18,504 bases of DNA from Aquificaceae bacterium (GTDB lineage: Bacteria; Aquificota; Aquificia; Aquificales; Aquificaceae), in contig JAXSMZ010000026.1 in the NCBI GenBank assembly GCA_037924335.1, positions 3,941 to 22,444 of the forward strand, written 5' to 3'. Shown piece after piece: positions 1 through 9,137 of this stretch. Under the pieces are notes generated by a model that made no database searches, was not told where the DNA came from, and saw only the letters and a program-made list of their open reading frames with translations. Each line of letters begins with the position of its first letter. The first letter of the stretch is position 1. Made by a program: the position numbers and the translations under genes.

Positions 1-56
1 GCATGCTGGGAGATGTAGATATCTAAGTCTCTTATCAAACTGAGTAATGCAACCAT
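1..56 (-). CDS. 5' fragment of a gene running off the left edge (MVALLSLIRDLDIYISQH...), product unknown
   Basis: Minus-strand ATG at 56 with TAGGAGG Shine-Dalgarno (72-66) 9 nt upstream; frame open to the window edge; directly downstream of glmS. Too short to name. Confidence 0.6.
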   Translation of the reverse strand, partial: MVALLSLIRDLDIYISQH

Positions 57-90
57 GAAAGCAGCCCTCCTAATGTTTTTTTTATTAAAC

Positions 91-1869
91 TTATTCCACA
101 GTGACCGTTTTAGCCAAGTTCCTAGGTTGGTCTATATCAAGACCTAAATAGTCGGCTATGTAATAGGCTATCAGCTGCAGTGGTATGATGGTGAGGAAGG
201 GGCTAAAATCTTCCTCTACGGGGGGCACGTCTATGTAATCTTTGGACAAACTCCTTAGCTTTTCGTCATTGCCAAAACCGACGCTTATGATGGTACCCTT
301 TCTCGTTAGTACCTCCTCCATGTTTGAGAGTATCTTTTCATAAACCCTGTCCCTTGGTGCTACTACAACGGTTGGCATCTTTTCGTCTATAAGAGCTATT
401 GGTCCATGCTTCATCTCCCCAGCCGGATAACCTTCAGCATGTATGTAAGATATCTCTTTAAGTTTGAGAGCTCCTTCCAAAGCAATGGGATAGCTCAGAT
501 ACCTTCCAAGATACAGCACATTTCTACTGCTGACGTATTTGACTGCTGCCTTTCTTATATCCTCTGCTTTTCCCAAAACTTCCTCCATAAGATGTGGCAA
601 AGTAAAAAGCCTTTCCATGAGCCTTTCCCTCTCAGGAAGGTTGGATATGGCAACGCTGTACAGAACTGCAAGCTGAGCGGTGAAAGTCTTCGTTGCAGCA
701 ACGCCTATCTCCGGGCCAGCATGAGTGTAAAGTGTATAATCGGACTCTCTGTCAAGAGCGCTACCCATAACGTTAACCAAGGATACCAATGTGGCACCCC
801 TCTCCTTTGCTGAAAGAGCGGAGAACCTAGTGTCTGCTGTTTCTCCAGACTGAGATATGGCTAGTACAAGGTCCTTTTCGCTTATTGGACTGTCGGTATA
901 CCTAAATTCCGATGCGAACCTAACCTCCACTGGGACTTTGGCATACTTCTCTATCCAATAGCTGGCTACAAGCCCAGCATGGTAGGATGTACCGCATGCC
1001 ACTATGATAACTCTTCTAAAATCTGTGAGTGAGAAGGGAAGCATGTAATCTCTGGATATATAGCCTTTCAGTGTGTCGCTCATCGTCCTTGGTTGCTCAA
1101 AGATCTCCTTGAGCATAAAGTGTTTAAAGCCGGCCTTCTCTGCCGATATTATGTCCCAGGATACCACCATGACTTCCTTTGTTATCCTGTTTCCTTCCCA
1201 GTCGTATATGTCTACGCTTTCTGGACTTAGGTCCACCACCTCACCGTCTGATAAAGGAATGACATGCTTTGTAAAGGGAAGTATGGCTGGTATATCTGAG
1301 GACAAAAAGTTCTCTCCTTCCCCAATGCCTACTACCATAGGATTTCCGTACCTTACACCCACTATCCTGTTGGGCTCTTTGCTCGTTATAACGGCAAAGG
1401 CATAAGAACCCTTGATCATGGGAAGGACCTTAAGAACAGCCTGCAAAAGGTCTCCCTCGTAATTTTTGGATATGAGATGGACTATCACTTCAGTATCCGT
1501 CTGGGATACAAAGTTTATTCCTTCAGCTTGAAGATTCTCTTTTAACTCTCTGTAATTCTCTATGATGCCGTTATGGACAACGGCTATCTCACCTTTTGCA
1601 TCCGTATGAGGATGGGCGTTTATCTCACAGGGTTCTCCATGGGTTGCCCATCTTGTATGTCCTATACCAACGGTTGCCTTAAGAGGCTTTCCCCACAGAC
1701 TCTTTATGAGCTCCCTTATCTTTCCAGCCTTTTTCTCTACGAATATCCTACCGTTCTCTATGAGGGCTACGCCAGCAGAATCGTACCCTCTGTATTCTAA
1801 CCTCTCCAAACCATTGAGGAGAACCAGAATGGCAGGATTTTTCCCTACATAGCCAATTATGCCACACAT
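91..1869 (-). CDS. glmS: glutamine--fructose-6-phosphate aminotransferase
   Basis: N-terminal MCGIIG (Ntn Cys), GHTRWATHG, HNGIIEN, SQSGETADT, and C-terminal PRNLAKTVTVE; 592 aa. Confidence 0.98.
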   Translation of the reverse strand: MCGIIGYVGKNPAILVLLNGLERLEYRGYDSAGVALIENGRIFVEKKAGKIRELIKSLWGKPLKATVGIGHTRWATHGEPCEINAHPHTDAKGEIAVVHNGIIENYRELKENLQAEGINFVSQTDTEVIVHLISKNYEGDLLQAVLKVLPMIKGSYAFAVITSKEPNRIVGVRYGNPMVVGIGEGENFLSSDIPAILPFTKHVIPLSDGEVVDLSPESVDIYDWEGNRITKEVMVVSWDIISAEKAGFKHFMLKEIFEQPRTMSDTLKGYISRDYMLPFSLTDFRRVIIVACGTSYHAGLVASYWIEKYAKVPVEVRFASEFRYTDSPISEKDLVLAISQSGETADTRFSALSAKERGATLVSLVNVMGSALDRESDYTLYTHAGPEIGVAATKTFTAQLAVLYSVAISNLPERERLMERLFTLPHLMEEVLGKAEDIRKAAVKYVSSRNVLYLGRYLSYPIALEGALKLKEISYIHAEGYPAGEMKHGPIALIDEKMPTVVVAPRDRVYEKILSNMEEVLTRKGTIISVGFGNDEKLRSLSKDYIDVPPVEEDFSPFLTIIPLQLIAYYIADYLGLDIDQPRNLAKTVTVE

Positions 1870-1876
1870 GAGGATA

Positions 1877-1882
1877 ATTATA
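1877..1882 (-). promoter_or_regulatory. putative -10 box (TATAAT) of a leaderless glmS transcript
   Basis: Minus strand reads TATAAT-TATCCTC-ATG (7-nt spacer), with no SD; the box overlaps the kdsC stop codon. Confidence 0.55.
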
Positions 1883-2402
1883 AACTGTAGTAAGTTTTAA
1901 GAAGGTTTTCAAGGTCTCCCCTAAGGTCAAGCAAGTACTCTATAGCTTCTCTCACAGCACCATATCCCCCTCTTGCCTTTGTAACGTACAAACACACATC
2001 TCTTACCTTTTTGGGTGCATCCCTTACAGCTATAGGAAAGCCAACCTTTTTCATGACTGGTATGTCCACATAATCGTCCCCTATAAAGGCCACGTCTTCG
2101 CATTTCAGCAAATGTTTTTTTATGAGGTCTTCTAAAAGGGGAAGTTTTTCGTTATAACCAAGGTAAACCTCATCTATACCAAGCTCAGTAAGTCTCCTAT
2201 AAAGGGGCTTGGAGTTCCTTCCAGATATCACAGCAGTTTTTATGTCGGTTTGCTGAAGAAGCTTAATACCAAGCCCATCCCTTACGTTGAAAACCTTTAT
2301 CTCCTCACCCCTTTCCGTATAGTAAAGCCTTCCATCCGTTAAAACACCGTCCACATCCATAACGAGAAGCTTTATACTCTTAGCCCTCTCGTGAAGGTTC
2401 AT
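1878..2402 (-). CDS. kdsC: 3-deoxy-D-manno-octulosonate 8-phosphate phosphatase (HAD family)
   Basis: [26 protein letters not shown] and GGYGAVRE motifs; 174 aa. Confidence 0.93.
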   Translation of the reverse strand: MNLHERAKSIKLLVMDVDGVLTDGRLYYTERGEEIKVFNVRDGLGIKLLQQTDIKTAVISGRNSKPLYRRLTELGIDEVYLGYNEKLPLLEDLIKKHLLKCEDVAFIGDDYVDIPVMKKVGFPIAVRDAPKKVRDVCLYVTKARGGYGAVREAIEYLLDLRGDLENLLKTYYSL

Positions 2403-2417
2403 AAAGAATAAATAATA

Positions 2418-2555
2418 CTACTTTTTAGCAGTGGCTACCTCCTTTTTTTCTTCAAAGTCTGAAGGTTTCACATCTTTGAGCGCCTCTTTTATTTTCTTCT
2501 TCTCCTCTGCCATTGCCTTTATTTTTTCTAGCTCTTCCTTTGTGTAGTAGCACAT
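2418..2555 (-). CDS. small hypothetical protein, 45 aa, Lys/Glu-rich (MCYYTKEELEKIKAMAEEKKKIKEALKDVKPSDFEEKKEVATAKK)
   Basis: Hand-translated; absent from the ORF track. Strong SD TAGGAGGTG 6 nt before the ATG, TAG stop at 2420-2418, fills the dnaC-kdsC gap on the same strand. Confidence 0.75.
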   Translation of the reverse strand: MCYYTKEELEKIKAMAEEKKKIKEALKDVKPSDFEEKKEVATAKK

Positions 2556-2585
2556 GTTTTACACCTCCTACGCTTGATACCTTTT

Positions 2586-2613
2586 ACTTTAAGACCTATA
2601 CCTTTAGAGTCAA
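2586..2613 (-). promoter_or_regulatory. putative sigma-70 promoter for the 45-aa ORF (and possibly kdsC)
   Basis: TTGACT (2613-2608) - 16 nt - TAAAGT (2591-2586), about 30 nt upstream of the ATG. Confidence 0.45.
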
Positions 2614-2624
2614 TATGCTTTTTA

Positions 2625-3281
2625 TCATATTAAGTAAACACTGGTATTCATCTGGGATATCTTAGATACTACTGCTTCTGATAGTCTCTCTTCTAAGGTC
2701 TTTGCTATCTCCTTCTCGTTCATTCTTCTCAGGGCATAGTTTGTGGTTATTATGGTACTCTTCATACTGTTGTACCTATGCGATATTATATGCGTGATGA
2801 TCTCCCTTTGCCAGTCGGAGAGCCTTTCGCTTCCAAGGTCGTCAAGCACAAGGAGGGGAACCTGCAAAAGCACATTCATCATCCTAGTGTATCTCTCGTT
2901 ATTCTCCATGATACTTTTTAACCTAAAAAACATATCCTTTGTGTCAAAGAAGATACCTCTCACCATCTTAGTTTTGTAAACAGCCTTTAGGATGGCAACC
3001 GCTAAATGAGTCTTTCCCATGTGAGGAGGTCCCAGGAGAGTTATTCCCCTTCCTTCCTTTAAATCAAAAGACATTGCATAGGAGAGACACACCTTTAAAG
3101 CCGACTTTTGAGATTGGGACACTGGAATGTAGTTTTCAAAGGTTGCGTCTTGAAATCTTGGTGGTATCCTTAGATACTTGGACATATCCCTTTCATCGAA
3201 CCTGCAAGAGCATAGAACCACAGTCTTACCTTTGTTTAAAAAACCGGTCCCACCACAGTGTGGGCATTCTTTTTTCTCCAT
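2625..3281 (-). CDS. dnaC: DnaC/IstB-family AAA+ ATPase, probably the replicative helicase loader
   Basis: N-terminal Zn finger CPHC...CSC, Walker A GPPHMGKT, Walker B LVLDDLG, sensor TTNY. Box VII VVSKI has Lys, as I recall for Aquifex DnaC. No adjacent transposase. Confidence 0.8.
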   Translation of the reverse strand: MEKKECPHCGGTGFLNKGKTVVLCSCRFDERDMSKYLRIPPRFQDATFENYIPVSQSQKSALKVCLSYAMSFDLKEGRGITLLGPPHMGKTHLAVAILKAVYKTKMVRGIFFDTKDMFFRLKSIMENNERYTRMMNVLLQVPLLVLDDLGSERLSDWQREIITHIISHRYNSMKSTIITTNYALRRMNEKEIAKTLEERLSEAVVSKISQMNTSVYLI

Positions 3282-3299
3282 AGTTTAAAATATAGGAAA
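3282..3299. promoter_or_regulatory. 18-bp divergent spacer with overlapping putative -10 boxes for dnaC and surE
   Basis: Plus strand TAAAAT (3286-3291) lies 8 nt before the surE ATG; minus strand TATATT (3294-3289) lies 7 nt before the dnaC ATG. Confidence 0.5.
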
Positions 3300-4046
3300 A
3301 TGCCCACTTTTTTGCTTACCAACGACGATGGCTACTTCTCAGAAGGTATAAGAGCTCTGAGGGATGCTTTAAAAAGCTTTGGAAGGGTTGTGTGCGTTGC
3401 TCCAGACAGGAATTTAAGCGGTGTTGGACATTCTTTGACCTTCAGTTCACCCTTGAGAGTGAGGCGTGTGGATGAGGATTTTTGGACAGTCATAGGGGGT
3501 ACACCGGCAGACTGTGTGCATTTTGGCTACTATCTAATATTGGACGGAAAAAAGCCAGACCTTATCTGCTCAGGGATAAACGAAGGTCCAAACTTGGGTG
3601 AGGATATAACCTACTCTGGGACTGTTTCTGGAGCTATGGAAGGGAGGATACTGGGCATTCCTTCAGTGGCTTTCTCTGCCTTTGGTAGGGATGAGATAGA
3701 CTTTTTGGAGCTGGCACGTATTGCAAAGGATGTTGTGGTAAAAGTGTTTGAAACTCCAATACCAGAAGATACATACCTGAATGTGAACATACCGAACTTA
3801 AAGAGGGAAGAGATAAAAGGTTTTGTGCTGACAAGGCAGGGAAAAAGAAGCTATAAAGAGAAATTCCTCAAGCTATCTGACCCTCATGGAAAACCCATCT
3901 ATTGGATAACTGCAGAGGAGTTTGGGTGGAGGTTGGAAGAGGGTACAGACTATTGGGCAGTGTACCATGGGTACGTTTCTATAACACCACTCCAGCTTGA
4001 CCTTACAAACTACAGAGCTCTCAAAGAGTTAGAAAAAATTTGGTAA
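3300..4046 (+). CDS. surE: 5'/3'-nucleotidase SurE
   Basis: LLTNDDG, GTPADCV, SGINEGPNLG, YSGTV and SITPL motifs. Start reset to ATG 3300 (MPTFLLTNDDG); 248 aa. Confidence 0.96.
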   Translation: MPTFLLTNDDGYFSEGIRALRDALKSFGRVVCVAPDRNLSGVGHSLTFSSPLRVRRVDEDFWTVIGGTPADCVHFGYYLILDGKKPDLICSGINEGPNLGEDITYSGTVSGAMEGRILGIPSVAFSAFGRDEIDFLELARIAKDVVVKVFETPIPEDTYLNVNIPNLKREEIKGFVLTRQGKRSYKEKFLKLSDPHGKPIYWITAEEFGWRLEEGTDYWAVYHGYVSITPLQLDLTNYRALKELEKIW

Positions 4047-4049
4047 AAT
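4041..4049 (+). promoter_or_regulatory. putative extended -10 box (TGGTAAAAT) of a leaderless purL transcript
   Basis: TGnTAAAAT followed by 7 nt and ATG 4057; no SD; overlaps the surE stop codon. Confidence 0.55.
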
Positions 4050-4056
4050 CATTGTG

Positions 4057-6294
4057 ATGACCGACTACACCCTTTATGGACTAAAAAAGGAAGAGTATGA
4101 GCAAATAGTTGAGAAGCTAGGAAGAGAGCCAAACCATGTGGAGCTTGGCATCTTTGGAGCCCTTTGGTCCGAACACTGTTCTTATAAATCCTCGAGGGTT
4201 TTGCTAAGAGATCTTCCCACTCAAGCACCTTGGGTCGTTCAGGGTCCCGGTGAGAACGCTGGAGTTTTAAAGATCGACGATGATATTTGGATAGCCTTCA
4301 AGGTAGAGAGCCATAATCATCCTTCCTTCATAGAGCCTGTAAACGGAGCTGCCACCGGCGTTGGTGGAATAATAAGGGATATACTCTCCATGGGTGCTCG
4401 CCCCATTGCCCTTGCCAATTCTCTCAGGTTTGGTCTTCCAATGGATGCACAGGTCAAGCACATTGTAAGGGGGGTTGTGAAAGGTATAAGCAAGTATGGA
4501 AATTCCATAGGCGTGCCAACAGTTTGTGGAGAGACCTTCTTCGAGGAGTGCTACAAGACAAACCCGTTGGTTAACGTCTTCTGTATTGGTATTCTGCCAG
4601 CTAGAAGGCTCTACAGAGCAAGAGCCCAAGAGGTTGGACAGGTTCTTGTGCTTGTTGGTTCTTCTACAGGTAGGGATGGTGTGCACGGTGCTGTTATGGC
4701 TTCTGGTGAGTTTGCAGAAGACAGAGAGTCCAAAAGGTCCAATGTGCAAGTTGGAGACCCTTACTTTGGCAAAAAGCTCATAGAAGCTATAATGGAGATG
4801 ATAGAAAGAGACCTTCTGTCAGGAATGCAAGACCTTGGAGCGGCTGGTCTATCGGGTGCAGTCGCTGAAGTGGCAAGCAAATCTAACATGGGAGTGGAGC
4901 TCTACCTTGAAAGAGTACCACTAAGGGAGGAGGGAATGCAAGCCTACGAAGTACTTCTCTCTGAAAGTCAGGAGAGGATGCTGCTCATAACCGATGAGGA
5001 AAAAGTTGATGAGATAAAAAAGATAGCCGACAAGAACCATCTTGAATGCAGCGTCGTTGGTAAATTGACTGATGATGGTCTTTTTAGAACCTTCTTTGGA
5101 GATAGGGTTGTTGCAAACCTGCCAGTAAGCCTTCTCACAAAAGAAGCACCCATATATGAAAGACCTAAAAGGGAGCCCGAGTACATAAAGCATCTGAGAG
5201 GTTTTAATCAGGAACTTTTGCCGCAGGTTGATATAAAGGAAGCCATCCGTAAGCTTTTAGACTCACCAAACGTAGCTTCCAAGGAGTGGGTTTACACCCA
5301 GTATGACCACCAGGTTGGTACAAACACAATACTAAAGCCTGGAGGGGATGCAGCAATCCTCAGGCTAAAGTGGGTTGTAAGGCCAGAGATAAGCAGTGAA
5401 AGGATGGTTGCCATAAGCTCGGAAGGGAACTCAAGAATGGTTTATTTGAACCCTTACGAAGGTGGAAAGTTTATAGTGGCAGAGGCTTGCAGGAACCTTG
5501 CATGCGTTGGAGCGAGACCCATTGGCATAACAGACTGTCTGAACTTTGGAAATCCTGAAAGGCCAGAGGTCATGTGGCAGATGGAACAGTCCATAAAGGG
5601 AATGGCCGAAGCTTGCAGCGAATTAGGTGTTCCAGTTGTAAGCGGAAATGTATCTTTGTACAACGAAACGGTAGAGAAAGAGGGAGCAAGAAACATATAC
5701 CCTACTCCTATAGTAGTGGCAGTTGGTACTGTAGAAAACAGAAAGTTCTTGGACCATAAGTTTAAAAAAGAAGGTAGCCTGGTCTTCCTCATAGGTGACC
5801 TCAGAAGAGCATCCATGTTGGATGGAAGCGAGTTTTTAAAGGTTGTTCATGGAAAGGTTGCCGGAGATGTACCCCCAGTTGACCTTGTAAAAGAGAGAGC
5901 CCTTTTACAGCTACTTATTGAGCTTATAGGAAAGGATATTATCCTATCTGCCCACGATGTGTCAACGGGTGGTCTTGCAATGGCTGTGCTTGAATGTCTC
6001 TTTGGCACACAGTTGGGTGCCGACATAAACCTGTACGTTGAAGAAAGGTTAGACCTCTTCCTTTTTTCAGAGAATCCAACGAGAGCGGTCATCAGCGTGG
6101 ATAAGGATAAAGCAGAAGCCTTCAAGGATATCACAGAAGCCTATGGGATAGATTGGATGCTTCTTGGAGAGGTAATAGAAGAAAGAAGGCTAAGCCTTGG
6201 ACTTTACGGTGAGAAGGTTCTTGAACTGAACCTTGAGGAGACGGAGAACCTATGGAAAGGCTCTTTGGAAAGAATGCTATCCTTTACACGTTAA
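4057..6294 (+). CDS. purL: phosphoribosylformylglycinamidine synthase subunit PurL (small type)
   Basis: WSEHCSYKSS, ESHNHPS, GAATGVGGIIRD, QDLGAAGL, SESQERM, DCLNFGNPE, SGNVSLYNET. ATG 4057 preferred over GTG 4054. Confidence 0.97.
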   Translation: MTDYTLYGLKKEEYEQIVEKLGREPNHVELGIFGALWSEHCSYKSSRVLLRDLPTQAPWVVQGPGENAGVLKIDDDIWIAFKVESHNHPSFIEPVNGAATGVGGIIRDILSMGARPIALANSLRFGLPMDAQVKHIVRGVVKGISKYGNSIGVPTVCGETFFEECYKTNPLVNVFCIGILPARRLYRARAQEVGQVLVLVGSSTGRDGVHGAVMASGEFAEDRESKRSNVQVGDPYFGKKLIEAIMEMIERDLLSGMQDLGAAGLSGAVAEVASKSNMGVELYLERVPLREEGMQAYEVLLSESQERMLLITDEEKVDEIKKIADKNHLECSVVGKLTDDGLFRTFFGDRVVANLPVSLLTKEAPIYERPKREPEYIKHLRGFNQELLPQVDIKEAIRKLLDSPNVASKEWVYTQYDHQVGTNTILKPGGDAAILRLKWVVRPEISSERMVAISSEGNSRMVYLNPYEGGKFIVAEACRNLACVGARPIGITDCLNFGNPERPEVMWQMEQSIKGMAEACSELGVPVVSGNVSLYNETVEKEGARNIYPTPIVVAVGTVENRKFLDHKFKKEGSLVFLIGDLRRASMLDGSEFLKVVHGKVAGDVPPVDLVKERALLQLLIELIGKDIILSAHDVSTGGLAMAVLECLFGTQLGADINLYVEERLDLFLFSENPTRAVISVDKDKAEAFKDITEAYGIDWMLLGEVIEERRLSLGLYGEKVLELNLEETENLWKGSLERMLSFTR

Positions 6295-6737
6295 CTTTTT
6301 TCACTGTGGTAGTTGTTGACCTGACAACGAAGAGGCTTGCAGAGATGTATCTATCTTACAAAGATATAACAATCTTGCCCTTTCTTCACTTGGTTCTTGT
6401 GTACAACAGAGGTGTAGCCTTTGGTTTTCTCTCCGATGCTCCAGACGTTGTTAGGGTACCCCTTGTACTTTTTACACCCATCGTAGCTTTCTTCATAACC
6501 TTTCTTTATTCTATAAGGAAAGCTGACCAAAAGACATCTGTTCTCATGGGTATGATAGGGGGTGGTGCCATAGGAAACTTCTACGATAGATTCTTATTTA
6601 GCTATGTCAGGGATTTTATATATCTTTCCTATGGGAAACTTTCTTGGCCTGCTTTTAACGTAGCAGACGCAGCCATAAGCATATCTATCTTCCTTCTCCT
6701 TGTAAACTCCATATTGGGCACATCTGGAAAAAGATGA
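6252..6737 (+). CDS. lspA: lipoprotein signal peptidase (SPase II)
   Basis: NRGVAFG, GAIGNFYDR, VRDFI and WPAFNVAD motifs with hydrophobic segments; overlaps the purL end by 43 nt. Confidence 0.94.
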   Translation: MERLFGKNAILYTLTFFTVVVVDLTTKRLAEMYLSYKDITILPFLHLVLVYNRGVAFGFLSDAPDVVRVPLVLFTPIVAFFITFLYSIRKADQKTSVLMGMIGGGAIGNFYDRFLFSYVRDFIYLSYGKLSWPAFNVADAAISISIFLLLVNSILGTSGKR

Positions 6738-6760
6738 TACCCGTCTTATATTTTATTAGT

Positions 6761-7045
6761 ATGATTAACGAAAGTTATACGGAAAAGACAGCCCATCTTG
6801 CAAGAATAAAGCTCAGGGATGATGAGATGGAGGTCTTCAAAAAACAGCTCCTTGATATACTGAGCTTTGTAGAAAAGCTCAAAGAGTTGGACACTTACGG
6901 AGTAGAACCCTTAACCTATGAACTGGGGCATACACCCCTTAGGGAGGATGAGGAAGGACAGTGTCTAAACCAAGAGGAGGCGCTTAAAAACGCACCACAA
7001 AAGGAGAATGGGTTCTTTGTAGTTCCAAGGGTTTTCGAAACTTAA
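6761..7045 (+). CDS. gatC: Asp-tRNA(Asn)/Glu-tRNA(Gln) amidotransferase subunit C
   Basis: AHLARI, LRED, ALKNAP and FFVVPRV motifs; start reset to ATG 6761 (94 aa). Confidence 0.92.
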   Translation: MINESYTEKTAHLARIKLRDDEMEVFKKQLLDILSFVEKLKELDTYGVEPLTYELGHTPLREDEEGQCLNQEEALKNAPQKENGFFVVPRVFET

Positions 7046-7057
7046 TGGAGGTTTTAT

Positions 7058-8062
7058 ATGCTACAGGAGGAAAAGAAGAGAGCTTTAGAAAGCGTACTTG
7101 CTGGAATTGAGAGGAAGTTTGGGAAAGGATCAATAATGCCTCTGAAAAATGCTGAAAAGGTAAAAGTTCAAGTTATACCTACCGGTTCTTTATCCTTAGA
7201 TATAGCCACTGGTATAGGGGGAATACCTAGGGGTAGGATCGTTGAGGTCTTTGGTCCCGAATCATCTGGAAAGACAACCTTGGCTCTTCATGTGATAGCC
7301 TCTGTTCAAAAGATGGGAGGAGTGGCTGTTTTTATTGATGCAGAGCATGCCCTTGACCCTAAATACGCAGAGAGGATAGGGGTTGATACGGAGCATCTTC
7401 TCATATCCCAGCCAGACTATGGAGAGCAAGCTCTTGAAATAGCCGAAAGCCTTATAACAAGTAATGCAGTAGACTTGATAGTCATAGACTCAGTTGCCGC
7501 TCTTGTTCCAAAGGATGAGCTTGAAGGTGAGATGGGAGAGTCTCACGTGGGTAAGCAGGCTAGACTTATGTCTCAGGCCCTCAGAAAGCTAAAGGGTATG
7601 GCTCATAAGACAAACACCACTATCATCTTTATAAACCAGCTGAGGGAAAAGATAGGTGTCCTGTTCGGTAATCCAGAGACTACACCAGGCGGAAGAGCCC
7701 TAAAATTCTTTGCAGATATGAGGCTAGATGTGAGAAGGGTGGGCGATGTAAAGGACAGCAGCGATAAGGTGGGCAACAGGGTAAGGGTAAAGGTTGTTAA
7801 GAACAAATTAGCGGCACCCTTTCAAGAGGCTGAGTTTGATGTCATATACGGTGAGGGCATATGCAAACTCTGCGACCTCATTGACCTTGCAGCTGAGATG
7901 AAGATAATAAACAGAAGCGGGTCGTGGTTCAGCTATGGAGAATTAAAGCTCGGTCAAGGTAGAGACCAGGCAAAGAAGTTTCTTTTAGAAAATCCGCAGA
8001 TAGCACAGGAGATAGAAAGTAAGGTCAGGGAGGTTTCAGGGCTTGCTTCAACTGATACTTAA
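7058..8062 (+). CDS. recA: recombinase RecA
   Basis: [51 protein letters not shown] upstream. Confidence 0.99.
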   Translation: MLQEEKKRALESVLAGIERKFGKGSIMPLKNAEKVKVQVIPTGSLSLDIATGIGGIPRGRIVEVFGPESSGKTTLALHVIASVQKMGGVAVFIDAEHALDPKYAERIGVDTEHLLISQPDYGEQALEIAESLITSNAVDLIVIDSVAALVPKDELEGEMGESHVGKQARLMSQALRKLKGMAHKTNTTIIFINQLREKIGVLFGNPETTPGGRALKFFADMRLDVRRVGDVKDSSDKVGNRVRVKVVKNKLAAPFQEAEFDVIYGEGICKLCDLIDLAAEMKIINRSGSWFSYGELKLGQGRDQAKKFLLENPQIAQEIESKVREVSGLASTDT

Positions 8063-9137
8063 AAAGGCCATAGAGCTTGGTGCTTCCGACATTCACATTA
8101 AGGTGGGGAGCCAACCTGTAGTTAGAGTAAAGAAGAGGTTGGTAAAATTCACAGACTTTCCAGTGATAGAAGACAAGCTTATGGACCTCTTCGTGAAGGA
8201 AATTCTGGAAAGAAACAGAAAAAAGACGGTGGAGTTTGAAGAGTTTGGAGAGACGGACACATCTTACTCTCTTCCTGGTGTAGCACGTTTTAGAGTGAAC
8301 GTTTACAAACAGATGACGTCTGTAGGTGTAGCCTTCAGGGTTATACCTTTCCATGTACCTTCTTTTGAAAGTTTGAACCTACCGGAGATCATACGCAAAA
8401 CTGTTTTGGAAAATACCAAAGGGCTCATTATAGTAACTGGTCCAACAGGTTCTGGAAAATCAACTACCCTTGCAGCCATAATAAACATAATAAACAGGGC
8501 AAGGGACAACATTATTGTTACCATAGAGGACCCAATTGAGTACATTTTTAGGGATGAAAAGTCCTTCATAGCTCAAAGGGAAGTGGGTATAGATACTTCA
8601 TCCTTTGCAAGGGGATTAAGGGCAGCCCTAAGGGAAGACCCAGACGTTATAATGGTGGGAGAAGTCAGAGACCCGGAGACAGCGCAGATATGCCTTCAGG
8701 CAGCGGAAACGGGACATCTTGTTCTTTCTACCCTTCACACACTCGATGCCAAGGAATCCATAAATAGGTTCATAGGCATGTTTAACCTTGAGACAAGAGA
8801 ACAGATAAGAATACAGCTTGCAGAGACCCTCGTAGCCATATTCTCCCAAAGGCTACTACCGAAGGCAGATGGAAGCGGTGTTATTCCAGCCGTTGAGGTT
8901 TTCATAAACAGAGCAGCCATAAAGGAGTGTATACTTGATGTGAGCAAATTTGATGAAATACCCCTTTTACTGGAAAAAGGGAGGGCCACTTACGGTACCC
9001 AAACCTTTGACCAACACCTTGAAGAGCTCTACAGGAATGGGTTGATAGATTACAATACGGCCCTGCTGTACGCTACAAAGCCCGGAGACCTTGAGCTAAA
9101 GCTCAGGGGCATATCCTCAGGAGGAAGATTTTTCTGA
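8043..9137 (+). CDS. pilT: type IV pilus retraction ATPase, PilT/PilU family
   Basis: ASDIHI, Walker [29 protein letters not shown], His box [13 protein letters not shown] start with upstream GGAGG, overlapping the recA end. Confidence 0.9.
   Translation: MLQLILKKAIELGASDIHIKVGSQPVVRVKKRLVKFTDFPVIEDKLMDLFVKEILERNRKKTVEFEEFGETDTSYSLPGVARFRVNVYKQMTSVGVAFRVIPFHVPSFESLNLPEIIRKTVLENTKGLIIVTGPTGSGKSTTLAAIINIINRARDNIIVTIEDPIEYIFRDEKSFIAQREVGIDTSSFARGLRAALREDPDVIMVGEVRDPETAQICLQAAETGHLVLSTLHTLDAKESINRFIGMFNLETREQIRIQLAETLVAIFSQRLLPKADGSGVIPAVEVFINRAAIKECILDVSKFDEIPLLLEKGRATYGTQTFDQHLEELYRNGLIDYNTALLYATKPGDLELKLRGISSGGRFF

Noticed and set aside
1870..1900. glmS ribozyme upstream of glmS
   Set aside because: Only 8 nt separate kdsC from glmS, so there is no room for it.
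2625..3281. IS21 IstB helper ATPase or prophage replication gene
   Set aside because: No IstA transposase, terminal repeats or phage genes nearby; housekeeping context and features fit chromosomal DnaC.
3258..3299. ORF-track N-terminal extensions (surE from 3258; also gatC 6734, torD-like 10424, catalytic subunit 15670)
   Set aside because: The extensions overlap neighbouring genes or the SD and precede the family-typical N-termini; downstream ATGs fit better.
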